A program made the translations under genes and the position numbers. Positions 9,750 to 19,763 of a stretch of DNA of 64,000 bases are shown here, in pieces. This DNA is from Rickettsiaceae bacterium (GTDB lineage Bacteria > Pseudomonadota > Alphaproteobacteria > Rickettsiales > UBA1997), in assembly GCA_021323225.1 (NCBI GenBank), contig JAJTCH010000002.1, forward strand, positions 76,425 through 140,424. The letters run 5' to 3'. Numbering within the stretch: the stretch's first letter is position 1; every line of letters begins with the position of its first letter. Under the pieces are notes generated by a model. That model worked only from the letters and a program-made list of their open reading frames with translations. It ran no database searches and had not been told where the DNA came from.

Positions 9750-10682
9750 TTACCTAGCTAAAATCTTACGCAAATTATTGATGTAAATTGTTGCACCAAT
9801 TGCCGGGACTGAATCATTGATCAAATATCTACCACCTCTGGCGATTGGGTAAGAAAAGCCGCCGGCGAAGATGGTGAAGCCGATTTGGTTATGGTAGGAA
9901 AATTCGTCATCGCCGAAAATATCTACTGAAAAATTGATTTCTTTGTGGGATTTTTTCACATCATTAATTGTCTCTTGCCATTTATCCAGCTGGGCTCTGG
10001 TTTTTTGGTCAATTGGTAAATTGTTAATTACAGAATTGATTTTGGCAAAATCGAAATTTTCTAAAACTAGTTTGATCAAATCATCGGCATAATTTTTGCC
10101 AAGATTTTTAATTGCAGAAATATTTTTAGTGGCAAGAGCGGTTTTTAAATCTTCTTTGCAATCAATATCTAACTGCTCAAGTAGAATATCAAGAAATTGC
10201 GGACAGCAGAAATTAAGCGCCAGATTCGGCAATTTGATTTTCTTTAAAGAGGAAAGTGTTAGCTCAATAACTTCCAGATTAGAACGGCAGGAATCATCGC
10301 CAATCAGCTCAATTCCAACCTGAGTTAATTGACGGTCGGCATATAAATTATCAGTTCTGATTTTTAGCACATCACCAACATAGCAAAGCCGAATTGGCGC
10401 AACAATATCACGCAACCTGGTTGCCATCAGCCTGGCAATTTGCGGTGTAATATCGCTTCTTAGCACCAAAGTTTTGCCGGAGAAATTATCGATCATTTTA
10501 AAAGATTGTTCATCTTTTGAATTTACCGAGAAACTTTCCTCAAATTCTACCAATGGAGTTTTAATCAACTGATATTTTTTGGCATAAAAACTATCAAGCA
10601 GCACATTGATGGTTTCTTGATTGATGCTGGCTTCATCACCCAAAAGATCATAAAAACCAACCGGCAAAAGATGTTTTTGCAT
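9750..10682 (-). CDS. hisZ: ATP phosphoribosyltransferase regulatory subunit HisZ (HisRS paralog)
   Basis: LPVGFYDLLGDEA...YQLIKTPLVEFEESF, LRSDITPQIARL, RLCYVGDVL and GGRY motifs of the class II HisRS-like core, with no anticodon-binding domain. Confidence 0.75.
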   Translation of the reverse strand: MQKHLLPVGFYDLLGDEASINQETINVLLDSFYAKKYQLIKTPLVEFEESFSVNSKDEQSFKMIDNFSGKTLVLRSDITPQIARLMATRLRDIVAPIRLCYVGDVLKIRTDNLYADRQLTQVGIELIGDDSCRSNLEVIELTLSSLKKIKLPNLALNFCCPQFLDILLEQLDIDCKEDLKTALATKNISAIKNLGKNYADDLIKLVLENFDFAKINSVINNLPIDQKTRAQLDKWQETINDVKKSHKEINFSVDIFGDDEFSYHNQIGFTIFAGGFSYPIARGGRYLINDSVPAIGATIYINNLRKILAR

Positions 10683-10684
10683 TT

Positions 10685-11515
10685 CTATTTTCCTAAAAAC
10701 TTTTTAATTCCAAGCAAATCCATCCAAGCTTCACGCTTTTTGGATGACTGGCGCATGAGATAAGACGGATGAAAAAGCACGGTAGTTTTTATCGGCTTTT
10801 TCAAATATTCATTTTGATAATCAAAAAATTTGCCGCGCATTTTACCAATTGGCTCATTGATTTTAAGCACATCCACCATTGCAGTTGCACCCATCAAAAC
10901 AATTAGTTTTGGCTGCATAAGGGCAATATGTTTTTCAACAAAAGGTTTGCACATTGCCAGCTCATCTTCAGTTGGCCTTCTATTTCCCGGTGGACGCCAA
11001 AATAAAGTGTTGGTTATGTAGAGATTCTCTCTTTTAAAGCCGATTGCTTTGAACATTTCATTAAGCAATTTTCCGCTATCACCGCAAAAAGGAATTCCTT
11101 GCAAGTCCTCATGATTGCCCGGCGCTTCGCCGATAATCATTATTTCAGAATCAGGATTGCCATCAGCAAAAACAGTGTTGGTGGCCATTTTTTTTAATGA
11201 ACAACCATCAAAATCACGAACCGCCTTTTCCAATTCTTTCAGGTTTTTAGCGGCTTTGGCCATTGCATCTGCCTGAGCGATGATTTCCGATATTGGAGTT
11301 AGAGATTGATTTACAGGATTATCCATTTGTTTTTGCGCTAATTTGAAAATGGCATCAGAGACGCTCATTTTGGGAGTAGAAGGAGTAACTTCTGGTGCAA
11401 TAATTTGAGCAATAGGCTCCAAGCTTGGTTTTACAAAACGATTAACCGGCACTTCAGAAATTATTTCATCAATACCGCAATCTGCATAAAGCTGGAGCAA
11501 TTTTATATCCTTCAT
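10685..11515 (-). CDS. uracil-DNA glycosylase, family 4
   Basis: GEAPGNHEDLQGIPFCGDSGKLL and HPSYLMR motifs are diagnostic of family-4 UDG. There is an N-terminal extension of about 100 aa. Confidence 0.85.
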   Translation of the reverse strand: MKDIKLLQLYADCGIDEIISEVPVNRFVKPSLEPIAQIIAPEVTPSTPKMSVSDAIFKLAQKQMDNPVNQSLTPISEIIAQADAMAKAAKNLKELEKAVRDFDGCSLKKMATNTVFADGNPDSEIMIIGEAPGNHEDLQGIPFCGDSGKLLNEMFKAIGFKRENLYITNTLFWRPPGNRRPTEDELAMCKPFVEKHIALMQPKLIVLMGATAMVDVLKINEPIGKMRGKFFDYQNEYLKKPIKTTVLFHPSYLMRQSSKKREAWMDLLGIKKFLGK

Positions 11516-11973
11516 TCCTTGTCAGATTTAGCAATCTTTTTGATGAATTTGTGGAAATCTTCGGTCTTCTCAAAATTTTTGTAAACTGAAGCAAAACGCA
11601 CGAAGGCGACTTTATCTAAACCTTCCAGTGCCTTTAAAATCATATCTCCCAACTTGCTAGAAGAAACTTCCGACTCTCCTTCGGTTTCTAGTTTTTTAAC
11701 AATATTATTAACTAATTTATCAACCTGCAGCAAGCTAACCGGTCTTTTTCTCACCGCCATTTCCACCGATTTTTTTAGCTTCTCAGAATCAAAAATTTTC
11801 TTATCGCCATTTTTTTTGACGACCATAATTTCACGAAGCTGCACCCGCTCAAAAGTCGTAAAACGCGAATCGCATTCCTGGCAATAACGTCGGCGCTTCA
11901 CCGCATCACCATCGTCAGAGATTCTGCTATCGCGCACTTGGGTTTCAATATTTCCGCAAAAAGGGCATTTCAT
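11512..11973 (-). CDS. nrdR: transcriptional repressor NrdR
   Basis: MKCPFCGNIETQVRDSR...RRRYCQECDSRFTTFE zinc ribbon plus an ATP-cone. Its stop overlaps the UDG start (ATGA). Confidence 0.95.
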   Translation of the reverse strand: MKCPFCGNIETQVRDSRISDDGDAVKRRRYCQECDSRFTTFERVQLREIMVVKKNGDKKIFDSEKLKKSVEMAVRKRPVSLLQVDKLVNNIVKKLETEGESEVSSSKLGDMILKALEGLDKVAFVRFASVYKNFEKTEDFHKFIKKIAKSDKE

Positions 11974-12102
11974 GACAAGTTATTTTTTCTTTCAATTGAG
12001 TCATGCAAATTACTCGCATAGCTGCGTCATTTGTCATGACAAGTTATTTTTTCTCTATTGAGTTATGCAAATTACTCGCTGCAAAGCAGCTGCGTCATTT
12101 GT
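11971..12102. repeat. tandem duplication (64 bp + 68 bp) spanning the nrdR start codon / mutS stop region
   Basis: Copy 1 at 11971-12034 and copy 2 at 12035-12102 both begin catgacaagttattttttct and end gctgcgtcatttgt. Copy 2 carries a 10-nt insertion forming the hairpin gctgcaaagcagc. Confidence 0.85.
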
Positions 12103-14321
12103 CATTTTAGATTATTGATAATTTGATTCGGTAAACCAATTTGCTTGATAATCTCAAAAACCGATGATTCCTGGGTAAGATCGTTGGTTATTCTATGATT
12201 TCTGGCTATTCTTTTACAAATAATATTTTGCACCCCTGAAAATTTTTCTACCAAGCCAGTTTGGTGAGTGCTTACAATGGCCCAAGCTTGATTATGCTCA
12301 AGCAAATATTTGATGATGTTAAAGGCGATATTTTCGCCATCCACAACATTTGTTGTTTGGCATAATTCATCAATAATCACAAAAGAATCCGTATCAGAAT
12401 TTTTTAGAATTTCCGCAATTTCTTGCATCTCCGCCATAAAACCGGACTGGTTTTTGGACAAATCATCCTTGGTATTGATCTTGGCAAAAATCTGTTTTCT
12501 TACCCCTATTTCCGCTGCAATTGCCGGCACAAAGCAACCCATTTGAGCAAGCAAAATAATCAAAGTGTTTTGGCGCAAAAATGTGCTTTTGCCGGCCATA
12601 TTAGCTCCAGTTAGCAGCCAGATTTTTTCTTCACCCAGTTCACAATCATTAGCAATAAATTTATCAGAAATCAGATGTTTGCCGCCGATAATTTTTAGCT
12701 GATTTTTATTGGTCACAATCGGCTTAACAAAATTATTTTCTTTTGCCAAAACAGTAAAAGACAGCAGCAAATCCAGTTCTCCGATTGCTTTGCAATTAGC
12801 TTTAATTTCCTCCAAATGATTCAAAACTTTTTTGGTTAAATCTTGCAAAATTGAAGCTTCCAAAACCTGGATCTTTGCCTGCAAATCTACTTTTTCTAAC
12901 TGATAACTTTTTAGTTTCGTGGATGAAAAACGAATTGAGTTGCTTAAATTCTGTAGCAATTGCCAATCTTGCGGAATCTTGATTTCAGATGCTTTATCGC
13001 GTTTTATTTCAAAATAAAAACCGGGCAAATCGCTAAATTCAATTTTGAGATTTTTTATTTTTGAAACTTCTTGATATTCCTTTTCTAGATTCCCAATTTC
13101 TTGGCTAATTTTTTGATATAGATTTCTATTTTTATCCAAAACTGCGTCAAATCCATCCCTTATATTTCCAGGCTCTACAGCTTTTGCCAGAGAATTTATT
13201 AACTCAGAATTGCAAGATAATTTTTGGCTGATTTCAACTAATTTTGCCGGCAAGTTTTTATCATTTTTTTGCCAGAATAAAATTTCAGAGATTTTGGCAA
13301 TGATATTAACTGACTCTAAAATCAGCGATAAATCTTGTAGATTGGCATTTTGAGTAATGGCAATTTTGCCGGTGATTTTTTCTAAATCGGAAAGATTTTT
13401 TAAATATTTTTGTAAAGAATTTGCCAGAGAATTTTGATCACGCAAAAATTCTACCGCATCTAATCTGGCATTGATTTGCAGCGCATCAGCTAAAGGTTGA
13501 TTTATTGTCTTTTGCAAAAATCTTTTGCCAATTCCGCAACTGGTTTTATCAATCATTTTAACTACTTCACCAAGCTGCAAATTTTGCCTGGTTTTGGCAG
13601 AAATTTTTAAATATTTTTGTCGCTGAAATTGTTCGATTTTAAAATATTCCAATAGCTGCGGATCGTGGACTTGACTGATATAGTTAAATAAAATGCACAG
13701 AGCTTGGTTGTGATATTTGCTAAAAATTTCCAGAATTTTTTTATTGATTTTAAAGCCGGATTCAGAAACAAAGAAAGTGATTTTGGAATGGAATTTCTGG
13801 TCAATTAAATCTTTTTCATCAAACAAAATTTCACTTGGTTTTAACATCTCCAAATATTGATTTATCTGGCTTTGTTCAATTTCACCCAGGAAAAACTCAC
13901 CAAGCAAAATATTGCCAAAACAAAGCTGGAATTTTTCTCCTTTTTTAGCAATTGCCAGCAAAATATTTTCCGTGATATTCAAAAAATCATCATCAATAAA
14001 TGTGCCCGGTGTAAGGAATTTGCTGATTTTTCTACTGATTTTTTTGGGATTTTCGGAATCACGAAATTGCTCGGCAATTGCAATTTTAAAGCCGGATTGC
14101 AAAAGATGGTTGGCAAAATTATTCAGAGATTTTACAGGAAAACCGCAGGTAGGAATGGTTTGATTAACAATTTTCTTATTGCCAAGAACAATATTTAGAG
14201 CTTTAGCAACCAAAATTGCATCATCAAAATAAAGCTCATAAAAAGCTCCAATTCGATAAAGCAAAATATGATCTGGATAGGATTGTTTTAAATCAAGATA
14301 TTCGCCGGATAATTTAGGCAT
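12102..14321 (-). CDS. mutS: DNA mismatch repair protein MutS (compact, 739 aa)
   Basis: N-terminal mismatch-binding motif GAFYELYFDDA, Walker A TGANMAGKSTFLRQ, and the SGFMAEM, IIDELCQTTN and STH motifs. Confidence 0.9.
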   Translation of the reverse strand: MPKLSGEYLDLKQSYPDHILLYRIGAFYELYFDDAILVAKALNIVLGNKKIVNQTIPTCGFPVKSLNNFANHLLQSGFKIAIAEQFRDSENPKKISRKISKFLTPGTFIDDDFLNITENILLAIAKKGEKFQLCFGNILLGEFFLGEIEQSQINQYLEMLKPSEILFDEKDLIDQKFHSKITFFVSESGFKINKKILEIFSKYHNQALCILFNYISQVHDPQLLEYFKIEQFQRQKYLKISAKTRQNLQLGEVVKMIDKTSCGIGKRFLQKTINQPLADALQINARLDAVEFLRDQNSLANSLQKYLKNLSDLEKITGKIAITQNANLQDLSLILESVNIIAKISEILFWQKNDKNLPAKLVEISQKLSCNSELINSLAKAVEPGNIRDGFDAVLDKNRNLYQKISQEIGNLEKEYQEVSKIKNLKIEFSDLPGFYFEIKRDKASEIKIPQDWQLLQNLSNSIRFSSTKLKSYQLEKVDLQAKIQVLEASILQDLTKKVLNHLEEIKANCKAIGELDLLLSFTVLAKENNFVKPIVTNKNQLKIIGGKHLISDKFIANDCELGEEKIWLLTGANMAGKSTFLRQNTLIILLAQMGCFVPAIAAEIGVRKQIFAKINTKDDLSKNQSGFMAEMQEIAEILKNSDTDSFVIIDELCQTTNVVDGENIAFNIIKYLLEHNQAWAIVSTHQTGLVEKFSGVQNIICKRIARNHRITNDLTQESSVFEIIKQIGLPNQIINNLK

Positions 14322-14362
14322 TTGTTACTTATTTTCGGCGTATTTGAAGATTTGCATGATCT

Positions 14363-14457
14363 CTCGGTGTCATTCCGGCGAAGGCCGGAATCCAGTTTTG
14401 CACCGAGCTCGATTTATAGTTTTCCTGGATTCCGGCTTTCGCCGGAATGACACCGAG
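14363..14457. repeat. palindromic MITE-like element (type 1)
   Basis: The 33-nt arms ctcggtgtcattccggcgaaggccggaatccag and ctggattccggctttcgccggaatgacaccgag match 32/33 as inverted repeats, separated by 29 nt. Each arm has an internal hairpin ccggc-gaag-gccgg. Confidence 0.85.
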
Positions 14458-14512
14458 GATTATTAGAATATTGTAGCGCTAATTTTGCGCAACCTCCGCA
14501 AAAGAATTTGAG

Positions 14513-15079
14513 CTATTTCTTAGCCCTTTCCACATAAGTTGCATCTTCGGTTTTAACGATGATTTTATCACCGGTTTCAACGAAAGGTGGCACCATAACC
14601 CGCACGCCATTTTCTAAAATAGCGGGCTTGTAAGATGAGCTGGCAGTTTGGTTTTTAACAACCGCATCAGCGCTTGTAACTTCTAAAATTACAGTATCGG
14701 GCAAGGTGACGGTAATTGGCTTTTCGTTGCAAAATTCCACATTAACTTCCATTTCATCTTGCAAGAATGGCAAAGCTTCACCAAGCAATTCTTTGTTGAA
14801 ATTCAATTGTTCAAAAGTTTCCATATCCATCACCACCAGATCATCGCCATCCATATATTGATATTGGAATTTTTTATGCTCTAAATGTGCCTTTTCAATA
14901 TCTTCTGACGAGATGAAACGCACATTAGTTTTAGTGCCATTGGTAATGTGTTTTAACTCAGCTTGAATATAAGCACCGCCCTTACCTGGCTTAACATGTT
15001 CTCTTTTAAGTAAAACCCAAAGGCCGTTTTGATATTCAATGACATTTCCGACACGAAGGGAGTTAGCGTTTATTCTCAT
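14513..15079 (-). CDS. efp: elongation factor P
   Basis: 188 aa with LRVGNVIEYQNGLWVLLKREHVKPGKGGAYIQAELK, the typical EF-P N-terminal KOW-like domain with the conserved KPGKG loop. Confidence 0.95.
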   Translation of the reverse strand: MRINANSLRVGNVIEYQNGLWVLLKREHVKPGKGGAYIQAELKHITNGTKTNVRFISSEDIEKAHLEHKKFQYQYMDGDDLVVMDMETFEQLNFNKELLGEALPFLQDEMEVNVEFCNEKPITVTLPDTVILEVTSADAVVKNQTASSSYKPAILENGVRVMVPPFVETGDKIIVKTEDATYVERAKK

Positions 15080-15119
15080 AATTTACTTTGATAATTGATT
15101 TGAACTGGGGTGAAAAATT

Positions 15120-16508
15120 TTAGGATAGCTCTTTAACGATTGATTCGCTGACTTTCTTGGCATCGCCAAAAACCATAATAGTGTTATCTCTGAAGAATAA
15201 CTCATTTTCAACACCGGCATAGCCGCTGGCCATTGAGCGTTTTACAAATACAACTGTTGCGGCACTTGCAACATCCAAAACCGGCATGCCATAAATTGGG
15301 CTGCTTTTATCAGTTTTAGCGGCTGGATTAGTGGTGTCGTTAGCACCTATAACATAAACCACATCAGTGCTTTTGAAATCATTGTTAATTTCTTCCAGCT
15401 CTAGAACTTTTTCATAATCAACACCTGCTTCAGCCAATAAAACATTCATATGGCCCGGCATTCTGCCTGCAACCGGGTGAATGGCATAACGCACATTAAC
15501 GCCCTGGGCTTCTAGCAAATGCGCCATTTCTGCAACTGCATGCTGAGCGCCGGCAACTGCCATTCCATAGCCTGGAACGATGATTACTGAAGAGGAATTT
15601 TTCATTAAAAACGCTACATCTTCAGCGCTGCCTTGTTTGATTGGTTTTTGCTCTTTTGCTTCTGTTGCCGCTTCAGTGCCAGCATTAGCAGCAAAACTGC
15701 CAAAAATAACATTGAAAATTGAACGGTTCATGGCTTTGCACATGATATAGCTAAGTATCGCACCGCTAGCTCCAACTAAAGCGCCGGTGATGATTAACAA
15801 AGCATTTCCCAAAGTAAAGCCAACACCGCTTGCCGCCCATCCTGAGTAAGAATTCAGCATCGAAACCACAACTGGCATATCAGCACCTCCAATCGGAGCA
15901 ATTAAAAACACACCTAAAGCTAGTGCTAAAAGCGTTAAAAGAATGAAAAGGAATTTTGAACCGGAAAAGAAGAACAAAATAAGAAGTAATGCAGCCGCAG
16001 CACCAAGAATCTTACCGGACCTCTTTTGATTTTTGATTTTAAAACCAGCAGGAAAACTGCCATTTAACTTCAAGAAAGCAATGATGGAACCCGAGAATGT
16101 AATAGCACCAATCACCAAGCCAAGTCCAAGCTCAATCAGACTAGAAGTTTTAATATCGCCATCTTCAAAAATGCCAAAAGATTCAGGCATCCAAAGCGCA
16201 GCTGCAGCAATTAAAACTGCAGCCAAACCAACCAAAGAGTGAAAGCCCGCAACCAATTGCGGCATTGCTGTCATCTTAATTTTTAAAGCCACAAAACCAC
16301 CAAAAGCACCACCGATTAAAATTGCCAACAAAATGAGAAATTTATGCTCCACCATCGGCAAGCATAAAGTTGTGAGAATCGCCAACACCATACCGACGAT
16401 ACCGAAGATATTACCATTTCTAGCAGTCTTTGGTGAGGCCAATCCATAAATTGCCAGGATGAACAATACCGAAGAAATCAGGTAGGAAATCGCCGCGAAA
16501 GTTGACAT
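15120..16508 (-). CDS. pntB: NAD(P) transhydrogenase subunit beta
   Basis: Multi-TM N-terminal half plus a C-terminal dIII domain (VIIVPGYGMAVAGAQH, HPVAGRMPGHMNVLLAEA, VIGANDTTNPAA). The start is set at ATG MSTFAAISY... rather than the longer ORF-track start at 16577. Confidence 0.9.
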   Translation of the reverse strand: MSTFAAISYLISSVLFILAIYGLASPKTARNGNIFGIVGMVLAILTTLCLPMVEHKFLILLAILIGGAFGGFVALKIKMTAMPQLVAGFHSLVGLAAVLIAAAALWMPESFGIFEDGDIKTSSLIELGLGLVIGAITFSGSIIAFLKLNGSFPAGFKIKNQKRSGKILGAAAALLLILFFFSGSKFLFILLTLLALALGVFLIAPIGGADMPVVVSMLNSYSGWAASGVGFTLGNALLIITGALVGASGAILSYIMCKAMNRSIFNVIFGSFAANAGTEAATEAKEQKPIKQGSAEDVAFLMKNSSSVIIVPGYGMAVAGAQHAVAEMAHLLEAQGVNVRYAIHPVAGRMPGHMNVLLAEAGVDYEKVLELEEINNDFKSTDVVYVIGANDTTNPAAKTDKSSPIYGMPVLDVASAATVVFVKRSMASGYAGVENELFFRDNTIMVFGDAKKVSESIVKELS

Positions 16509-16585
16509 ATGATTATTTTTGATTTTGTTGCGATGTGAAAAGAGCGCAGAGAATATATTCTGGGCTGTTTTTATCAAGCATCTTG

Positions 16586-17179
16586 TTAAAACTTGTGCTC
16601 TTCAATAGCAAATTTTGCCAGCTGTCGATTAAGCTTGCGGCAATTTGGCAAAACTTTCTCCAACTCATTCCAGAATTTTTTGCTATGGTCCTTAACTTTG
16701 GTGTGAACCAGCTCATGAAGCAAAACATAATCAATCAGCTCATCACTTAAAAAAGCCAGGCTGGAATTGAGATAAATATTATTTTCCACCGAGCAGCTGC
16801 CCCAAATACTTTTTTGTTTTTTAAGCAGGATTTTTCTAACGGAAAAGTTGTGAATAGCAGCCAGATGACGACAACGCAAAATCAAATAATGGCTTCTTTC
16901 CAGAAATTCTTTAGCGGTTAATTTCAGCAAATTTTGTTCTTGGGTTTTAACAGCAATTTCCTTTCTCTTCGCTAATGTCAGCAAAGTGTTTTGCACCCAG
17001 ATTATTTTTGATTCAAAAAAGTCCTGGGCTTTTTTTAGAGAACAATATTTGGGAAAACTAACCCTGATTTGCAGATTTGACTTTACGCAAAGACGGATTT
17101 TTCTAGTTCTGGTAACTTTAAACACAACATCCTTGGACTTCTCGCCCAGCTCGGGATATTGCTTGACTGTGCAAGACAT
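16586..17179 (-). CDS. YgjP-like metal-dependent hydrolase (DUF45/M48-like, HExxH)
   Basis: YVLLHELVHTKVKDHSKKFW matches the YgjP/DUF45 zinc motif HELxH...H..FW. Confidence 0.75.
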   Translation of the reverse strand: MSCTVKQYPELGEKSKDVVFKVTRTRKIRLCVKSNLQIRVSFPKYCSLKKAQDFFESKIIWVQNTLLTLAKRKEIAVKTQEQNLLKLTAKEFLERSHYLILRCRHLAAIHNFSVRKILLKKQKSIWGSCSVENNIYLNSSLAFLSDELIDYVLLHELVHTKVKDHSKKFWNELEKVLPNCRKLNRQLAKFAIEEHKF

Positions 17180-17185
17180 AATTTT

Positions 17186-19741
17186 TTAACTAAAAGCAAT
17201 TTTTCCGTTTTTACAGGAAATTTTTACATCATCTCCGTCAGAAATTTTGCCTTGCAAAATCTCACTGGCCAACTCATTTTCAATATCACGCTGGATGACT
17301 CTTTTAAGCGGACGAGCACCAAAAGCAGGCTCAAAACCTTTTTCAGCAAGATAATCTTTAGCAGAATTATCAAGTTTGATATTGATATTTCTGTCCGCAA
17401 GACGTTTTTTCAGACGCGACATTTGGACATCAATAATCGCATCCATATCCTGTTTTTGCAGCTTGTTAAAGAGCACAATTTCATCCAAACGATTAATAAA
17501 TTCAGGACGGAAATGCATTTTTAGCAGCTCCATAATTTGATCATTTGAAACTTTCTCATCATTATCACCAACAATTGCTGAGCCTAAATTGGAAGTTAGG
17601 ATGATGATAGTATTTGTAAAATTAACCACCCTGCCCTGGCTATCTGTTAGTCTTCCGTCATCCAACACTTGCAGCAAAATATTGAAAATATCTTTATGGG
17701 CCTTTTCAACTTCATCAAACAAAATAACTTGATATGGCCTTCTTCTTACCGCTTCAGTCAAGACGCCACCTTGATCATAGCCAACATAGCCGGGAGGCGC
17801 GCCGATTAACCTGGAAACTGAATGGCTTTCCATATATTCGCTCATATCCAACCGCAACATGGCATTTTCATCATCAAAAATAAATTCTGCCAAAGCTTTT
17901 GCTAGCTCGGTTTTGCCAACACCAGTTGGACCTAAAAATAAAAATGAACCGATTGGGCGCGATGCGTCTTGCAAACCGGCACGCGATCTTCTTACAGCAT
18001 TGCTCACCACTTTTAGCGCATCTTCTTGGCCGATAACTCTTTTGCGGAGGAAATCTTCCATCTTCAATAATTTCTCCTTCTCGCCACTCATGATTTTTTC
18101 AGTCGGGATGCCGGTAACTTTAGAAATAACTGCAGCAATATCTTCCTCGCTCACCGCTTCTTTTAAAAATCTCTGATTAGTTTCTTTTTCAAGTTTTTCT
18201 AGCTCTTTATGCAAATTAGGAATAGTGCCGTAGGTTAGCTCACCTGCCTTTGCCAAATTTCCTTCACGGCTAGCTTTTTCCAGATCATATTTGGCATTAT
18301 CAATTTTTTCTTTTAGCTCATTGATTTTTCCCAACTTCAATTTCTCTGATTGCCAGACGGAACCTAGCTCTGCCGAATGTTTTTCCAGTTCTTTTAATTC
18401 TGAATTTAAATCTTCCAGTCTTTTTTTAGAGGCCGCATCATCTTCTTTTTTCAAACCTTCAGCTTCAATTTTTAACTTGATGATTTTGCGGTCAATCTCA
18501 TCCAGCTCTCTTGGTTTACTATCAACTTCAATTCTCAAAGCACTCGCTGCCTCATCCACCAAATCAATGGCTTTATCCGGCAAAAATCGATCAGTGATAT
18601 AGCGATTGGAAAGCGTAGCAGCCGCCACAAGAGCATTGTCTTTAACTTTTATGCCATGATGCATTTCATATTTTTCCTTAATACCGCGAAGAATTGAGAT
18701 CGTGTCTTCAACCGTTGGCTCATCAGCATAAACAGCTTGAAAACGTCTGGCTAAAGCCGCATCTTTTTCAATATATTGACGATATTCGTCAAGTGTAGTG
18801 GCGCCAATGCAGCGCAAAGTGCCGCGGGCCAAGGCAGGTTTTAGCAAATTGGCAGCATCCATTGCCCCATCTGTTTTGCCAGCTCCAACCAGCAGATGCA
18901 GCTCATCAATGAACAGAATTGTTGATTCATCATTTTCAATTTCCTTTAGCACCGCTTTTAGCCTCTCTTCAAATTCACCACGATATTTAGCACCGGCAAT
19001 CAAAGCACCCATATCAAGAGCCATGAGTTTTTTGTTTTTGATATTTTCCGGCACATCGCCATTGATAATTCTTTGCGCTAAACCTTCAACAATGGCGGTT
19101 TTACCAACTCCCGGCTCACCGATTAACACCGGATTATTTTTTGTTCTTCGAGATAGAACCTGCACCGTGCGACGGATTTCCTCTTCCCTACCAATAACAG
19201 GATCAATTTTACCTTTCTTTGCCAGTTCAGTGAGATCAATCGCATATTTTTTCAGCGCCTGATAATTGCCTTCAGAACTTGCGCTATCTGCCTTTCGGCC
19301 TTTTCTGATTTCGTCAATTGCTTTCTTTAGGGAATTTGCTGAAAGGCCAGCCATTTTTAAAACTTTTGCTGCTTCATTTTTGTCATCTTCAATTATTGCC
19401 AGCAGAGTTTTTTCAATTGTGATGAAATCATCGCCATCTTTTTGCGCCAATTTTTCTGCCGCAAGTAGAATTCTTGCTAGTTCCTGCGACATTGAAACTG
19501 AGCCAGCACCCGACCCTTCCACAACTGAAATTTTATTTAGCGCTTGTTCATTTTCAGCTCTGGCCAAACTGATATTGCCATCACAATAACTAATCAGATT
19601 TTCAGTTAGAGAATCTTCATCATGCAAAAATATTTGCAAAAGATGTTCTGGTAATAATTTTTGATGACCTCTAGCTAAGGCAATTGATTGGGCAGATTGA
19701 AGAGCTTCTTTGAGCTTGTCAGTGTATTTTTCTATTTTCAT
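17186..19741 (-). CDS. clpB: ATP-dependent chaperone ClpB
   Basis: Two AAA+ modules ([30 protein letters not shown]) separated by a long coiled-coil M-domain, plus a Clp N-domain. ATG start at 19739-19741 (MKIEKYTDK); the ORF-track TTG at 19750 is less likely. Confidence 0.95.
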   Translation of the reverse strand: MKIEKYTDKLKEALQSAQSIALARGHQKLLPEHLLQIFLHDEDSLTENLISYCDGNISLARAENEQALNKISVVEGSGAGSVSMSQELARILLAAEKLAQKDGDDFITIEKTLLAIIEDDKNEAAKVLKMAGLSANSLKKAIDEIRKGRKADSASSEGNYQALKKYAIDLTELAKKGKIDPVIGREEEIRRTVQVLSRRTKNNPVLIGEPGVGKTAIVEGLAQRIINGDVPENIKNKKLMALDMGALIAGAKYRGEFEERLKAVLKEIENDESTILFIDELHLLVGAGKTDGAMDAANLLKPALARGTLRCIGATTLDEYRQYIEKDAALARRFQAVYADEPTVEDTISILRGIKEKYEMHHGIKVKDNALVAAATLSNRYITDRFLPDKAIDLVDEAASALRIEVDSKPRELDEIDRKIIKLKIEAEGLKKEDDAASKKRLEDLNSELKELEKHSAELGSVWQSEKLKLGKINELKEKIDNAKYDLEKASREGNLAKAGELTYGTIPNLHKELEKLEKETNQRFLKEAVSEEDIAAVISKVTGIPTEKIMSGEKEKLLKMEDFLRKRVIGQEDALKVVSNAVRRSRAGLQDASRPIGSFLFLGPTGVGKTELAKALAEFIFDDENAMLRLDMSEYMESHSVSRLIGAPPGYVGYDQGGVLTEAVRRRPYQVILFDEVEKAHKDIFNILLQVLDDGRLTDSQGRVVNFTNTIIILTSNLGSAIVGDNDEKVSNDQIMELLKMHFRPEFINRLDEIVLFNKLQKQDMDAIIDVQMSRLKKRLADRNINIKLDNSAKDYLAEKGFEPAFGARPLKRVIQRDIENELASEILQGKISDGDDVKISCKNGKIAFS

Positions 19742-19763
19742 ATGAATCAATTTAGTTACTTAC

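Noticed and set aside
12102-14321. MutS only 739 aa (shorter than the ~850 aa of E. coli)
   Set aside because: All core motifs are present (F-Y-E mismatch motif, Walker A/B, HTH-proximal region). The shortfall is mostly the dispensable C-terminal oligomerisation tail, so this looks like genome-reduction compaction rather than novelty.
15120-16508. pntB without adjacent pntA genes
   Set aside because: Split pnt loci are plausible in reduced genomes, and absence of pntA cannot be judged from one window.
17859-19589. Four plus-strand ORFs of 103-154 aa inside clpB (17859..18176, 18291..18602, 18798..19262, 19266..19589)
   Set aside because: They are Ser/Phe/Leu-rich antisense artefacts of the Lys/Glu-rich clpB coding strand. 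ClpB identity is unambiguous.
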